The notes: generated from the letters alone by a model not told the origin. A stretch of 56,758 bases of DNA from an uncultured Clostridiaceae bacterium (GCA_964593045.1 CAZQJQ010000002.1:704-57461), one strand, 5' to 3'; positions 28,614-38,614 are shown, counted from the first letter of the stretch. Numbers and translations: made by a program.

Positions 28614-29093
28614 TTATTGTCTTGTTATCTCTAGAATTTTATATTTTGATACTCCTCCTGGTGTTTCTATTTGAACAACTTCATTTTTCTTTTTTCCTAT
28701 TAGTCCTTTACCAACTGGAGACTCATTAGATATTTTGTTTTTAGAAATATCTACTTCTGCTGCACCAACTATAGTATATATAACCTCTTCTTCAAATTCA
28801 TAATCATATACTTTTACTGAAACACCTACTCCGACTTTCCTTAATGATATTTCATCATCATCTACAACTTTTGCAAGTCTTAATGTATTTTCAACCTCTA
28901 ATATTTTTGCTTCAAGCAAAGCTTGTTCATTTTTAGCTTCATCATACTCTGAATTCTCTGATATATCTCCAAATTCCCTTGCTATTTTAATTCTTTCAGC
29001 AACTTCCATTTTTTTAGGACCTTTTAAATATGCAAGTTCCTCTTCTAATTTTTTATATCCTTCCTCAGTTAATACTATTTCTCTTTCACTCAT
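28614..29093 (-). CDS. greA: transcription elongation factor GreA
   Basis: 159 aa. [13 protein letters not shown] ... ENSEYDEAK ... [12 protein letters not shown]. Confidence 0.93.
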   Translation of the reverse strand: MSEREIVLTEEGYKKLEEELAYLKGPKKMEVAERIKIAREFGDISENSEYDEAKNEQALLEAKILEVENTLRLAKVVDDDEISLRKVGVGVSVKVYDYEFEEEVIYTIVGAAEVDISKNKISNESPVGKGLIGKKKNEVVQIETPGGVSKYKILEITRQ

Positions 29094-29169
29094 TTTTATT
29101 CCTCCTTAAAAATTATAAATATTATACACTATTTGTCAAGTATTATTCAACTTGGTACAATATTTAAAA

Positions 29170-30057
29170 TTATTTATATGCAATATTGTTCAACATATAT
29201 CCCAACTCAGTTTTACTGTATTTAGATATATTTTGTATGTTATATATTATGTAGTTATTTTTTTCATAAAAAATATTATATTTATTAAACTCATCTTCTT
29301 CTACATTTTGCATATTTAGAATATATCTTTTCCTAGATAAAATATATTTTTCTATATCATCACTTTTTACATCAATATTTACATATATGTTATATTTTGA
29401 AATATTTCTTGATGATATAACTTGTATAGATGTACCATACTCTTTATTTATATTATTTACCATGCTTAAAAGTAACTTGCTTTTTTCGCCTACTTTTAAT
29501 ACATCTATATATTTATATTTTTCTATATATTTGAGTAATATACTAGAATCAAAATTTTTAATATAATTTACTAATACAAGTAGTTTTACTTCTTTACAAC
29601 TTATATTATTTTTTTCTATATATTTTTGTATATTTAATATATCATTTTCAAAGTTAGAGTTAGATACATCTATATAATTTATATTAATACTACTTAAAAT
29701 ATCATATATGTAGTTATACACTCGTATATTTTTCTTTATTGATTTAGATAATATACAGTTATTATTTGGATTAATGTTTGTATTCAAATACTTTTTACAA
29801 TTTAATATCTTTAATAGATGTTTTTTAAAAATATATGAATATATACTACCTAGCTTTTTTATATAAAACTTATTGCTAGATAAAAGAGCAAATATTTTTT
29901 CCAATTTTTTTTCATTAATATTAATTGATATAACATTACATTTATCTAATATTTTAAGTACTTCCTCATATATGAAAAAGTACTTTAGTTTTTTTAATAT
30001 GTTTTTCTTTTGTAAATAATTTTTAGAATTATTTACATCTATCAAAAAATAGTTCAT
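29170..30057 (-). CDS. hypothetical Asn/Ile/Lys/Tyr-rich protein
   Basis: 295-aa ORF in some of the most AT-rich DNA of the window; chance ORFs of this length are implausible here. No TM segment, no recognised motif. It occupies the position where cdaR normally follows cdaA. Confidence 0.5.
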   Translation of the reverse strand: MNYFLIDVNNSKNYLQKKNILKKLKYFFIYEEVLKILDKCNVISININEKKLEKIFALLSSNKFYIKKLGSIYSYIFKKHLLKILNCKKYLNTNINPNNNCILSKSIKKNIRVYNYIYDILSSININYIDVSNSNFENDILNIQKYIEKNNISCKEVKLLVLVNYIKNFDSSILLKYIEKYKYIDVLKVGEKSKLLLSMVNNINKEYGTSIQVISSRNISKYNIYVNIDVKSDDIEKYILSRKRYILNMQNVEEDEFNKYNIFYEKNNYIIYNIQNISKYSKTELGYMLNNIAYK

Positions 30058-30165
30058 ACATACACCTCACATTATATAATCAAGATATATGTATATTTAC
30101 ACTATTTTATTACTTTTTTAAGTAGTTTTATATTGATTTTGTTATTTTACCATTTTGCTATTTTG

Positions 30166-31026
30166 TTATTTTTTATTACTTTTTTTTGATATAACAACTT
30201 TATTGAGTTTAGTTCTATCTAATTTTTTTAAAAGTAGATTCTTAAGTTCCTCAGATGTAAGATCTCTTTTTAATTTCCCAGCCTCAGCAAGTGATATAGT
30301 ACCTGTTTCTTCTGATACTACAATAGCAAGTGCATCAGATATTTCTGTAATTCCAATAGCAGCCCTATGTCTTGTCCCAAGATTTTTTTCAACTGTACTC
30401 TCAGATGCAAGTGGTAAAATACATTTTGCAGCAAGTATTTTATTTGATTCAATTACTACCGCACCATCATGCAAAGGTGTTCTTGGCATAAATATATTTT
30501 GTAATAATTCACTTGAAACCTTAGCAGATAAATTAATTCCCTCTTTTAGCACTTCAGATATTTTTGTGTTTCTTTCTATTACTATAAGTACACCTATTTT
30601 TTTTAGTGACATTATTTCAACTGCTTTTACAACTTCTGATATGGAATGTTTTACTAATATATTATCATCCATATCAAATACATCTACTATTTTACTTCTA
30701 CCTATTCTTTCAAAAGCATTTCTAAGCTCGGGCTGAAATATAACTATAAAAAGTAAAACTCCATATGTCATTATATTAGTTAGTATAAATTTCAAAATAA
30801 CCATATTAAATAGTTTAGAAATTATAAGTAAAAAGATTAAAATAAGTATTCCTTTTATAATTTGTTCAGCTCTTGTTTGCTTTATAAGCCTAAAGAAATA
30901 ATATATTATAAGTGCCACAATTGCAATATCAAAAATAAGTATTACAACTCTTAGTGGACTAGTTAAATCTAGTGCGTTTGCCACATTATACATTAACTCA
31001 ATAAATTTATTTAATATTCCTTGCAT
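30166..31026 (-). CDS. cdaA: diadenylate cyclase CdaA (c-di-AMP synthase)
   Basis: 286 aa. Three N-terminal TM segments, then a DAC domain with PLHDGAVVI and GTRHRAAIGITE. AGGAGGTA SD. Confidence 0.88.
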   Translation of the reverse strand: MQGILNKFIELMYNVANALDLTSPLRVVILIFDIAIVALIIYYFFRLIKQTRAEQIIKGILILIFLLIISKLFNMVILKFILTNIMTYGVLLFIVIFQPELRNAFERIGRSKIVDVFDMDDNILVKHSISEVVKAVEIMSLKKIGVLIVIERNTKISEVLKEGINLSAKVSSELLQNIFMPRTPLHDGAVVIESNKILAAKCILPLASESTVEKNLGTRHRAAIGITEISDALAIVVSEETGTISLAEAGKLKRDLTSEELKNLLLKKLDRTKLNKVVISKKSNKK

Positions 31027-31041
31027 ATTATACCTCCTATA

Positions 31042-31170
31042 TTATACATTTTGAATAGCATAAAATAGGTATATAAACACTGAGAATATCATTGAAAATA
31101 CCATAAAACCAACTACTGAATATTTAAGTATTTTTTTTGTTTTTTCTGAACCATTTGATTTTTTTCCCAT
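31042..31170 (-). CDS. 42-aa single-TM mini-protein (hypothetical)
   Basis: Not in the track (too short). AGAGGTGAG SD 7 nt before the ATG at 31170. MGKKSNGSEKTKKILKYSVVGFMVFSMIFSVFIYLFYAIQNV. Fits tightly between the glyQS stop (31190) and the cdaA SD. Confidence 0.35.
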   Translation of the reverse strand: MGKKSNGSEKTKKILKYSVVGFMVFSMIFSVFIYLFYAIQNV

Positions 31171-31189
31171 CTGACTGCTCACCTCTTTA

Positions 31190-32572
31190 TTATATTTCAA
31201 ATTTATTTTCAAACCATGAATTTAAGTCATCAATTTTTATTCTTACTTGTTCCATTGTATCCCTATCTCGTATAGTTACTGAGTTATCATTTTTACTATC
31301 AAAATCATAGGTTATACAGTATGGTGTACCAATTTCATCTTGTCTTCTATATCTTTTTCCGATACTTCCTGCTTCATCAAAGTCAACATTATATTTTTTA
31401 GCTAATATTTCATAAACTTTTATAGCATCTTCAGATAACTTCTTAGAAAGCGGAAGTATAGCTATTTTAATTGGAGCTATTACTGGATGTAAATGAAGAA
31501 CTACTCTTGCATCATCTTCTGATACTTTTTGATTTTCATATGCATTACAAAGTATTGCAAGTACCATTCTATCTGCACCAAGTGATGGTTCTATTACATA
31601 TGGTAAATACTTTTCATTTGATTCAATATCTTGGTATGACATATCTTCTTTTGAATGTTCCATGTGTTTTGACAAATCATAATCTGTTCTGTCCGCTATT
31701 CCCCAAAGTTCTCCCCAACCAAATGGGAATTTAAATTCAATGTCGGTTGTAGCTTTACTATAGAATACAAGTTCATCTGCTTTATGGTCTCTTAATCTAA
31801 TATTTTCTTCTTTTATACCAAGATTTAATAACCAATCTTTACAAAAACTTCTCCAGTAATTAAACCAATCTAAATCAGTACCTGGCTTACAGAAAAACTC
31901 AAGTTCCATTTGCTCAAACTCTCTAATTCTAAATATAAAATTACCTGGAGTTATTTCATTTCTAAAAGCTTTACCTATTTGTGCAATACCCATAGGTAAT
32001 TTTTTTCTTGTAGTTCTAAGTACATTTTTAAAATTAACAAAAATTCCTTGTGCTGTTTCAGGTCTTAAATATATTTCAGATTTTGAATCTTCAGTTACAC
32101 CCTGGAATGTTTTAAACATTAAATTAAATTTCCTTATATTAGTAAAATTTTTAGCTCCACAATTTGGACAAGGAATTTCATTTTCAGCCATAAATGAAAC
32201 TAATTCATCATCAGACATTCCATCAGCAATCATATCTTTGCCATTACTATGAGCCCACTCTTCAATTAATTTATCTGCTCTGTGCCTTGTTTTACATTCT
32301 TTACAATCTATAAGTGGATCAGAAAAACCTTGCACATGACCAGATGCAACCCAAGTTTCAGGATTCATAAGTATTGCCGCATCTAACCCAACGTTATATT
32401 TACATTCTTGAATAAACTTCTTTCTCCATACATTTTTTATGTTGTTTTTTATCTCTACACCAAGTGGACCATAATCCCAAGTATTTGCAAGTCCACCATA
32501 TATCTCTGAACCAGGATATATTATACCTCTTGCCTTACATAAATTTACAAGAGTTTCCATTGAATCAACCAT
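31190..32572 (-). CDS. glyQS: glycine--tRNA ligase (homodimeric alpha2 type)
   Basis: 460 aa. [45 protein letters not shown], anticodon-binding C-terminus. Confidence 0.93.
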   Translation of the reverse strand: MVDSMETLVNLCKARGIIYPGSEIYGGLANTWDYGPLGVEIKNNIKNVWRKKFIQECKYNVGLDAAILMNPETWVASGHVQGFSDPLIDCKECKTRHRADKLIEEWAHSNGKDMIADGMSDDELVSFMAENEIPCPNCGAKNFTNIRKFNLMFKTFQGVTEDSKSEIYLRPETAQGIFVNFKNVLRTTRKKLPMGIAQIGKAFRNEITPGNFIFRIREFEQMELEFFCKPGTDLDWFNYWRSFCKDWLLNLGIKEENIRLRDHKADELVFYSKATTDIEFKFPFGWGELWGIADRTDYDLSKHMEHSKEDMSYQDIESNEKYLPYVIEPSLGADRMVLAILCNAYENQKVSEDDARVVLHLHPVIAPIKIAILPLSKKLSEDAIKVYEILAKKYNVDFDEAGSIGKRYRRQDEIGTPYCITYDFDSKNDNSVTIRDRDTMEQVRIKIDDLNSWFENKFEI

Positions 32573-32586
32573 TTTATTCTCCCCTT

Positions 32587-33387
32587 TTAAATATCAGTGT
32601 CTATTTCTATATCCAAACATTGATCTTCAACCATATCTCCTTCATTAAATATTAAATGAAGTTTAGAATCATTAACATAGAAATTTTCCATCTCTGTACA
32701 TGTATATGCATATTTAGATTCCTTTATATATCCTTTTTGATTTACTACATAGTCTTTTACCTTATTTTTTAAAACATCTTTGTAATTTGCACCAAGTAAA
32801 TCAACTAAAATATCACATTGTTCCAAAGTCTCTTTTGTACTAACATCAATATTGTATGTATAATACTTGTCCATTGTTGTTGTATTTTTTTTAGAGTCAT
32901 CTGTTATTCTTTCATATATCACAACAGATAAAACTCTTCTTTGTCCAACTATATTATCATATGTATCATATGTAACTTTATATGTATATGGATTGTCTAC
33001 ATTAGAATTTGAAGACTTAAGTGTTTTATACATTTTATTGAAGTCTTCCTCAATAGTGTTATTTAATTCTGTAAGTTCTTGACTATCTATTGAAATTACT
33101 GGAAGCACCATATTACCTTTAAATTTTGAATTAGAACTATCAGTAACAGTTTTATCAGTAACTAAAACTTCAATATTATTTAAATCATCTATACTTACAG
33201 TGTTATTTTCAACATTTTTTAAACTTGAAGTATCTATGCTCTTACTAACATCACCTATAACTACAGGTTCATGTTCATTAGTTATAGCAAAATATATTAT
33301 AAATCCTCCTATCGCAAAAAATAGCAATAGAAAAATTGTAAAGCCCTTGAAACTTTTCTTTTTTTCCGTATATCGCATTGTATTCAT
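32587..33387 (-). CDS. hypothetical membrane-anchored protein
   Basis: 266 aa. N-terminal TM ([20 protein letters not shown]) and an extracytoplasmic domain of unknown family. It ends 14 nt before glyQS. Confidence 0.5.
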   Translation of the reverse strand: MNTMRYTEKKKSFKGFTIFLLLFFAIGGFIIYFAITNEHEPVVIGDVSKSIDTSSLKNVENNTVSIDDLNNIEVLVTDKTVTDSSNSKFKGNMVLPVISIDSQELTELNNTIEEDFNKMYKTLKSSNSNVDNPYTYKVTYDTYDNIVGQRRVLSVVIYERITDDSKKNTTTMDKYYTYNIDVSTKETLEQCDILVDLLGANYKDVLKNKVKDYVVNQKGYIKESKYAYTCTEMENFYVNDSKLHLIFNEGDMVEDQCLDIEIDTDI

Positions 33388-33514
33388 ATATCAATCACCT
33401 TCACATATTTTACTATATTTTTATAAATATTTCAACAAAAATTTGTTAATTGTTATATTTTTACAAAATAATTTAATGGAAACAACAAATAAATGAAATA
33501 ACATTGTAATACAG

Positions 33515-33543
33515 TTGACATAAGTAAAATATAATGATACAAT
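33515..33543 (+). promoter_or_regulatory. putative sigma-A promoter
   Basis: TTGACA (33515-33520), 17-nt spacer, TACAAT (33538-33543). Confidence 0.5.
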
Positions 33544-33583
33544 TAAATATATTGCAAAAGCCCAAAATTTAAATAAAGGATGG

Positions 33584-33805
33584 ATGATTATGTTAGATTA
33601 TAACTTCTTCAATCAAAAATACAGTGAAGCAACAAAAGAAACCGCACATATTTTGAGTGAATTACTATGCATTTCTCCATATTGTAAAGAAATTGAAAAA
33701 TTTAAAGTGAACTTTATCGGAGAAATATTTGAAACGTTCAAAGATATTGACATTGAAGGACTTTCTTTCTATTGTATTTATATTGAATTTGAAACTTTTT
33801 TCTAA
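33584..33805 (+). CDS. hypothetical small protein
   Basis: 73-aa ORF downstream of a near-consensus promoter with an AAAGGA SD. No recognised family. Confidence 0.35.
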   Translation: MIMLDYNFFNQKYSEATKETAHILSELLCISPYCKEIEKFKVNFIGEIFETFKDIDIEGLSFYCIYIEFETFF

Positions 33806-33915
33806 TACTTCATATTCATAATCTAAACTTTCAAATATTGTATCATCTCCGCATCAAAAAAGTCTGGATTTTCAAGTGAGCAAATAAGTATAATAGAAGA
33901 TACTATATGTTTATC

Positions 33916-33944
33916 TTGACACCTCATTGATAATATGTTATTAT
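33916..33944 (+). promoter_or_regulatory. putative sigma-A promoter
   Basis: TTGACA (33916-33921), 17-nt spacer, TATTAT (33939-33944). Confidence 0.5.
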
Positions 33945-33993
33945 ATGTCTACAAAAAAGTAGCCCATAAATAACTATTTAAGGAGGTGCTAAA

Positions 33994-34191
33994 ATGTTCA
34001 CTCACACATCTTTTGTCGAAAAGATCGTAGAAATCACTTCTTACTCTACAAACTCAACTATATGTAGAGTTCTCTGGAAAGGTCAAGTTCGGCAACTAGA
34101 AAAATCTGGACATTTCAATATTGAAAAGCTAGATGAAAAACCAAACTGTGAAAAAGGCCAAATTATTTGCAAAATAACTTTGAAGAGTTAA
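33994..34191 (+). CDS. hypothetical small protein
   Basis: 65-aa ORF with an AAGGAGGTG SD 6 nt upstream, a consensus promoter and a terminator. No recognised family. Confidence 0.45.
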   Translation: MFTHTSFVEKIVEITSYSTNSTICRVLWKGQVRQLEKSGHFNIEKLDEKPNCEKGQIICKITLKS

Positions 34192-34196
34192 AAAAG

Positions 34197-34224
34197 GCAC
34201 CAACTTATTAGTTGGTGTTTTTTT
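34197..34224. terminator. bidirectional intrinsic terminator
   Basis: caccaac/gttggtg stem (34198-34204/34211-34217) with a 6-nt loop. A 7-T run lies downstream and a 5-A run upstream. It sits between convergent genes. Confidence 0.65.
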
Positions 34225-34243
34225 ATACTTTTTTATCAGTATT

Positions 34244-34687
34244 TTATTTATTATTCATCTTGTCTAAATTTTCTTTTCGTATAACCCCTGTGGTATTAAT
34301 ATAATAATCATGTTTTGATATAATTGATTCAATATCTACTTTGATATCGAAGATTTCATAGCAGTTAATAATATAACCATTAAATTCGTTTAAATCCAAA
34401 TATTTATTTACTCTTTCAACAAACTCTTCCTTTCCATTTACAACTATAACAAATGTTTCATTGTTATAATCGTTAATTAATTTTTCATTTAACCATTCAG
34501 TACAATACATTCTGTCTTCCATTTTTTTATAGAACTTAGCTATAATCTGCTTTAGTTTCTTCTTTTCACTTTTTTCATTCATATATATAACTTTTACATT
34601 AAGGAGCTCATTTGATATAAAGTTATTAGCTATTATACATGCATGAGTGGAATTTACAGTAAAGCAACATAATTTAATCTTATTCAT
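34244..34687 (-). CDS. hypothetical protein
   Basis: I place the start at ATG 34687 (MNKIKLCCFTV...), with AAGGGGG about 11 nt upstream; the track start at 34723 is a GTG without an SD. About 147 aa, soluble, no recognised family. Confidence 0.45.
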   Translation of the reverse strand: MNKIKLCCFTVNSTHACIIANNFISNELLNVKVIYMNEKSEKKKLKQIIAKFYKKMEDRMYCTEWLNEKLINDYNNETFVIVVNGKEEFVERVNKYLDLNEFNGYIINCYEIFDIKVDIESIISKHDYYINTTGVIRKENLDKMNNK

Positions 34688-34758
34688 CTTTTGTTCAACC
34701 CCCTTACACCTAAATTTTATCACTCAAATAGGCAATTGTCAATTTCGAATTTTAGCCT

Positions 34759-34778
34759 GTTTTGTAGTGTTTTGTAGT
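34759..34778. repeat. tandem 10-mer (gttttgtagt x2, then a degenerate third copy)
   Basis: gttttgtagt at 34759-34768 and 34769-34778, followed by attttatgtt. It lies in the divergent intergenic region between the 34244-34687 gene and spoIIR. Confidence 0.6.
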
Positions 34779-34906
34779 ATTTTATGTTGTTGCTTTTACA
34801 TAATACATTTTTCAGCTTATTATATTAAAATAATATATTTTTTTTAACTATAGATAAGTATCAATTGGAATTTTTTACTAATAATATATTTAGGTGATGT
34901 TATATT

Positions 34907-35560
34907 ATGAAAAAAAATATTAAAATTGAAAACATACAATTTACTCTCCCTCTTTTTTTAGTTATTCTTTTAGTTATATTACTTAATACATATTTAACTA
35001 TAAAGCTATATAGGGGATATGTATTAAAAGAAGATATTTTTAGATTACATGTAGTTGCAAATAGTAACAATATATCTGATCAGATAACCAAACTCAAGAT
35101 AAGCAAAAAAATAGAAAATTATATAGATTCTTTAAATATTGATAATCAAATAAATGAAAAACAAGATTATATAAATGAAATTAAATCTCATATGTCAAAT
35201 ATATTAGCAATTTCAGATAATACGCTAAAAGAAAATAACTTAGATTATACTGCATATGCAAAACTTGGCAATATATCATATGATCAAAAAGAAGCAGCAA
35301 ATATATCAATGGAGCAAGGTAATTATGATAGTTTAGAAATAATTCTTGGTAAAGGAGAAGGCAAAAATTTCTGGTCTATCATTTTTCCAAATGAAAATAA
35401 CATAGAAAAATTAGAAAGTTTAAATACCATACTACCAGGTATTACATATATTTACGATGATGCTAGTTATAGTGAAAACAAAGATAACAATGAAAATAAT
35501 TCAAAAGTTAAGTATAAAATAAAAACATTAGAAATAATTAAAGAACTAATAGAAAGCTAA
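34907..35560 (+). CDS. spoIIR: stage II sporulation protein R
   Basis: 217 aa. N-terminal TM, then the hallmark FRLHVVANSNNISDQITKLKI, and later YDSLEIILGKGEGKNFWS. Confidence 0.82.
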   Translation: MKKNIKIENIQFTLPLFLVILLVILLNTYLTIKLYRGYVLKEDIFRLHVVANSNNISDQITKLKISKKIENYIDSLNIDNQINEKQDYINEIKSHMSNILAISDNTLKENNLDYTAYAKLGNISYDQKEAANISMEQGNYDSLEIILGKGEGKNFWSIIFPNENNIEKLESLNTILPGITYIYDDASYSENKDNNENNSKVKYKIKTLEIIKELIES

Positions 35561-35569
35561 TTGCTTTCT
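35551..35569. terminator. compact hairpin spanning two convergent stop codons
   Basis: agaaagc-taatt-gctttct (35551-35557/35563-35569). It covers the spoIIR stop (35558-35560) and abuts the activase stop (35568-35570). Confidence 0.4.
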
Positions 35570-36530
35570 ATTTTCCCATTTTTTCACATCTATTTCCCCA
35601 TTTATCAATTACCTTACCATCTTTTAAAACGGATATTATTTCACAGTTATTACTACATCCCCTACATTCATTCATACAAGTTTTAAAGTCACAATTTGAT
35701 ATATTAAAATCAAATAAATTTTCTTCTTTTTCATTCTTTGCAATTGTAGCGATTCCTAGTGCTCCCATTAAATGTGAGTTTGGATCTACAGATACTTTTT
35801 TATTTGTAGATTCTTCAAAAAATCTGACTACCCCTTTATTTTTGCTTACACCACCTTGAAAGACTATCCTATCCTCTATTTTTTTACCCTTGCCAACATT
35901 ATTTAGATAATTAGAAACAACCGCTTTACAAAGTCCTGCAATTATATCCTCTTTACTACAACCAACTTGAGCTTTATGTACTAAATCTGATTCAGCAAAT
36001 ACAGTACATCTTGCTGCTATATTTACAGGTTTTGTTGACTTTAATGCAATATCCCCCAGTTCCTCTATTTCTACTCCAAGTCTTTTTGCTTGTGAAGATA
36101 AAAATGCACCTGTTCCTGCTGCACATAAGGTGTTCATTGCATAATCTACTACTACCCCATCTTTTATTATAATAATCTTCGAATCTTGACCACCTATTTC
36201 AAATATTGTTCGTACATCTGGATAAACACTTAATGTTCCAACTGCATGTGCTGTAATCTCGTTTTTAACAACTTGTGCATCTAACATTACTCCTGCTAAT
36301 TTCCTTGCAGAACCAGTTGTTCCAACTGCAACAATAACTATTTTTTCAAGTGTTTTCTTTTCAAAATCAGTTATTTTTTTTTGCATATTTTCTAAAACCT
36401 TTTTTACTGCATTTATAGGGTTGGCTTCTGTCCAAATATATTCAGAAACAATTATACTTGATTTATCATCAATAACTACCGCCTTAGTTGATATTGAACC
36501 TATATCTATTCCTAAATACCCTTTTATCAA
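35568..36530 (-). CDS. BcrA/BadF/HgdC-type ATPase (acyl-CoA dehydratase activase family)
   Basis: 320 aa. LGIDIGSISTKAVV (ASKHA phosphate-1), cluster-ligand contexts NTLCAAGTGAFL and ARCTVFAESD, plus an extra C-terminal Cys-rich tail CMNECRGCSNNCE. Confidence 0.8.
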   Translation of the reverse strand: MIKGYLGIDIGSISTKAVVIDDKSSIIVSEYIWTEANPINAVKKVLENMQKKITDFEKKTLEKIVIVAVGTTGSARKLAGVMLDAQVVKNEITAHAVGTLSVYPDVRTIFEIGGQDSKIIIIKDGVVVDYAMNTLCAAGTGAFLSSQAKRLGVEIEELGDIALKSTKPVNIAARCTVFAESDLVHKAQVGCSKEDIIAGLCKAVVSNYLNNVGKGKKIEDRIVFQGGVSKNKGVVRFFEESTNKKVSVDPNSHLMGALGIATIAKNEKEENLFDFNISNCDFKTCMNECRGCSNNCEIISVLKDGKVIDKWGNRCEKMGK

Positions 36531-37621
36531 AACTTTTCCACCTCTTTTTCTTTTTTCATTTTAAGCATATCATAAAATGCTTCTAATCTAGTTTTTATTC
36601 CTACCTCACTTGTTTGGCTATCAAAAGTAAAATATATTATAGGTATGTTGTAATCATTTGATATTCTTTGTAACATTGGCATTGCATTAATCTCTGGAGT
36701 ACAACCAAATGGTTTTATATGTATAATACCATCATACCCTTTATTACACAGTTCAATACTGTGTGCAACACTCTCAGTACCATCAGCACCCAGTGCATAT
36801 TTTATATATTTTTTTGAATCATTTAAAAGTTTTTTTTCAGCCTTAGATTTTTCAAATAAGAGATAGGTAACTGTTGTATATCTTTTAGTATGAACACCCA
36901 TGTCACTCAATGTTTTTTCTAAAAACAAACTAGAAAAGGGTTCCATGGATGTATATAATTCTCCAACTATTCCTACTTTCAAATTATTAAAATAATCTTC
37001 TTTTAATTTTACATTTTTAAGTATTTTTATATATTTTTTATAGAATTTTTTTAATTTAGAAAAAGTATTAACATCTTTTAAATCATCTAATAATTTATTA
37101 TGTATTTTTTCAAATTCTCCTTTTTTATCCTCATATGATATATTGAATCTTATATAATTTTCTAGTTCATCTAAGACCCTTATTGTTTTTATTGCAAGTA
37201 AAGCAAAATATGAAATTTTTTTAACAGATATACTAGAATCTATTTTTTTCAATTTTCTATATATCTTAATTAAATTTATTTTACCTTCTTCTGTAAGTGT
37301 TATAAATGAAAAATTATAACCTAAATTTTTTAAAATTTTCTCTTGTACTTCAGCATAATAGCCAAATCTACATCCACCACCTGCCTGTATTAATACATTT
37401 GCACCAAGTTCTAATGATTCTATAAAATTACCTAAATTGTACTTAAAAGGAGTACACACAAAATCTGGTGAATATTTTTCGCCAAGTTCAATTGTTTTTT
37501 TAGTCATTTTTGGCGGTACTAATATTTTAGCATTTTTAAATATATTTTTAAATAACGTAGTTATAGGTATATAATAATTTCCAAGATGAGGAAATGATAT
37601 TACAACTTCATCAATTTTCAT
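36527..37621 (-). CDS. acyl-CoA dehydratase activase-related protein (DUF2229-like)
   Basis: 364 aa. FPHLGNYYIPITTLF ... YSPDFVCTPFKYNLGNF ... GGGCRFGYYAEVQ ... IKPFGCTPE. 4-nt overlap with the ATPase gene. Confidence 0.6.
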   Translation of the reverse strand: MKIDEVVISFPHLGNYYIPITTLFKNIFKNAKILVPPKMTKKTIELGEKYSPDFVCTPFKYNLGNFIESLELGANVLIQAGGGCRFGYYAEVQEKILKNLGYNFSFITLTEEGKINLIKIYRKLKKIDSSISVKKISYFALLAIKTIRVLDELENYIRFNISYEDKKGEFEKIHNKLLDDLKDVNTFSKLKKFYKKYIKILKNVKLKEDYFNNLKVGIVGELYTSMEPFSSLFLEKTLSDMGVHTKRYTTVTYLLFEKSKAEKKLLNDSKKYIKYALGADGTESVAHSIELCNKGYDGIIHIKPFGCTPEINAMPMLQRISNDYNIPIIYFTFDSQTSEVGIKTRLEAFYDMLKMKKEKEVEKF

Positions 37622-38573
37622 TTGTTTTTTCCTTCTTTCTAATATTTAATATATCAATAAAACTTTCAAGTCTTGTGACCTGACCAGCATTTGCCTCTGA
37701 TTCATCAATTACAATATTAAGTTTTGGAATATTTTCTAAACTATACATACAAATTTCATTTACAAGAGCATCAATACCACATGGAAATACGGATACAAAT
37801 ATAACTCCATCTACCATATTGATATATTTTTTTAAATTACTAATCAGTTCTTTGTTATGTTTCCAATATATACTCTTTGAAAAATATGTATATTCACTTG
37901 TATCATTCTTAGTATCTGCATAAATAACATCTATATTCTCATTTTTGATTATACTTAATATATTATCACCTAAATATTTATCATAAATCACATATGGATG
38001 AGAAACTATTAAAATTTTAATATTATTACTAACTTTAGCATATTCATCTTGTGTTTTCACCTTTTCTTCAATATATTTTCTATATACGTTTTTTGCAATC
38101 ATATACGCCTTAATAGTATCATACATATTTTTGCCAAGTTTTCTACCAAGTTTTATATATCCTTTTAAATCAGTATTTTTTTTATCATAATCTATATCAA
38201 CAGTTAAAAACTTATCCTCACCGAATATATTAACACATATATCATAAAGTGCATTAAATTTTACACATGCTGCATCTTTGGTTTTAAAAGTACAAAATCT
38301 AGGTACAAATATATAATCTACTTTATATAGAAGGTTATATACATGTCCCATAAATACTTTAGCTGCTAAGCAATTTTCATCAATTGAATATCTAATACCA
38401 TTTTTTAAGATTTCTTTATTAGTATCTTCACTAATTACAACTTCAAAACCAAGTTCATTAAAAAAACTTTTCCAAAATACCCCATATTTATAATATAACA
38501 AAGCTCTTGGTATACCTATTTTCAAATTGATCACCTTATTATATTTTTTACATTTTTTTAAATTTATATTCAT
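37611..38573 (-). CDS. acyl-CoA dehydratase activase-related protein (DUF2229-like)
   Basis: 320 aa. IGIPRALLYYKYGVFWKSFFNELGFEVVIS ... DENCLAAKVFMGH ... VDYIFVPRF. 11-nt overlap with the next gene. Confidence 0.6.
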   Translation of the reverse strand: MNINLKKCKKYNKVINLKIGIPRALLYYKYGVFWKSFFNELGFEVVISEDTNKEILKNGIRYSIDENCLAAKVFMGHVYNLLYKVDYIFVPRFCTFKTKDAACVKFNALYDICVNIFGEDKFLTVDIDYDKKNTDLKGYIKLGRKLGKNMYDTIKAYMIAKNVYRKYIEEKVKTQDEYAKVSNNIKILIVSHPYVIYDKYLGDNILSIIKNENIDVIYADTKNDTSEYTYFSKSIYWKHNKELISNLKKYINMVDGVIFVSVFPCGIDALVNEICMYSLENIPKLNIVIDESEANAGQVTRLESFIDILNIRKKEKTNEN

Positions 38574-38614
38574 AAAAAAGAAAAACTCTTATATTATATA
38601 TAATAAAGGTTATA

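Noticed and set aside
30155-30736. Long plus-strand ORF (193 aa) antisense to cdaA, together with similar antisense ORFs at 1096-1533, 10831-12181, 24456-24863, 28305-28581, 40124-40712 and others in the track.
   Set aside because: Each lies wholly inside a well-supported gene on the other strand. They have no SD and encode low-complexity Phe/Leu/Ser/Ile-rich strings, which are mirror images of Lys/Glu/Asn-rich codons. These are shadow ORFs typical of AT-rich genomes.
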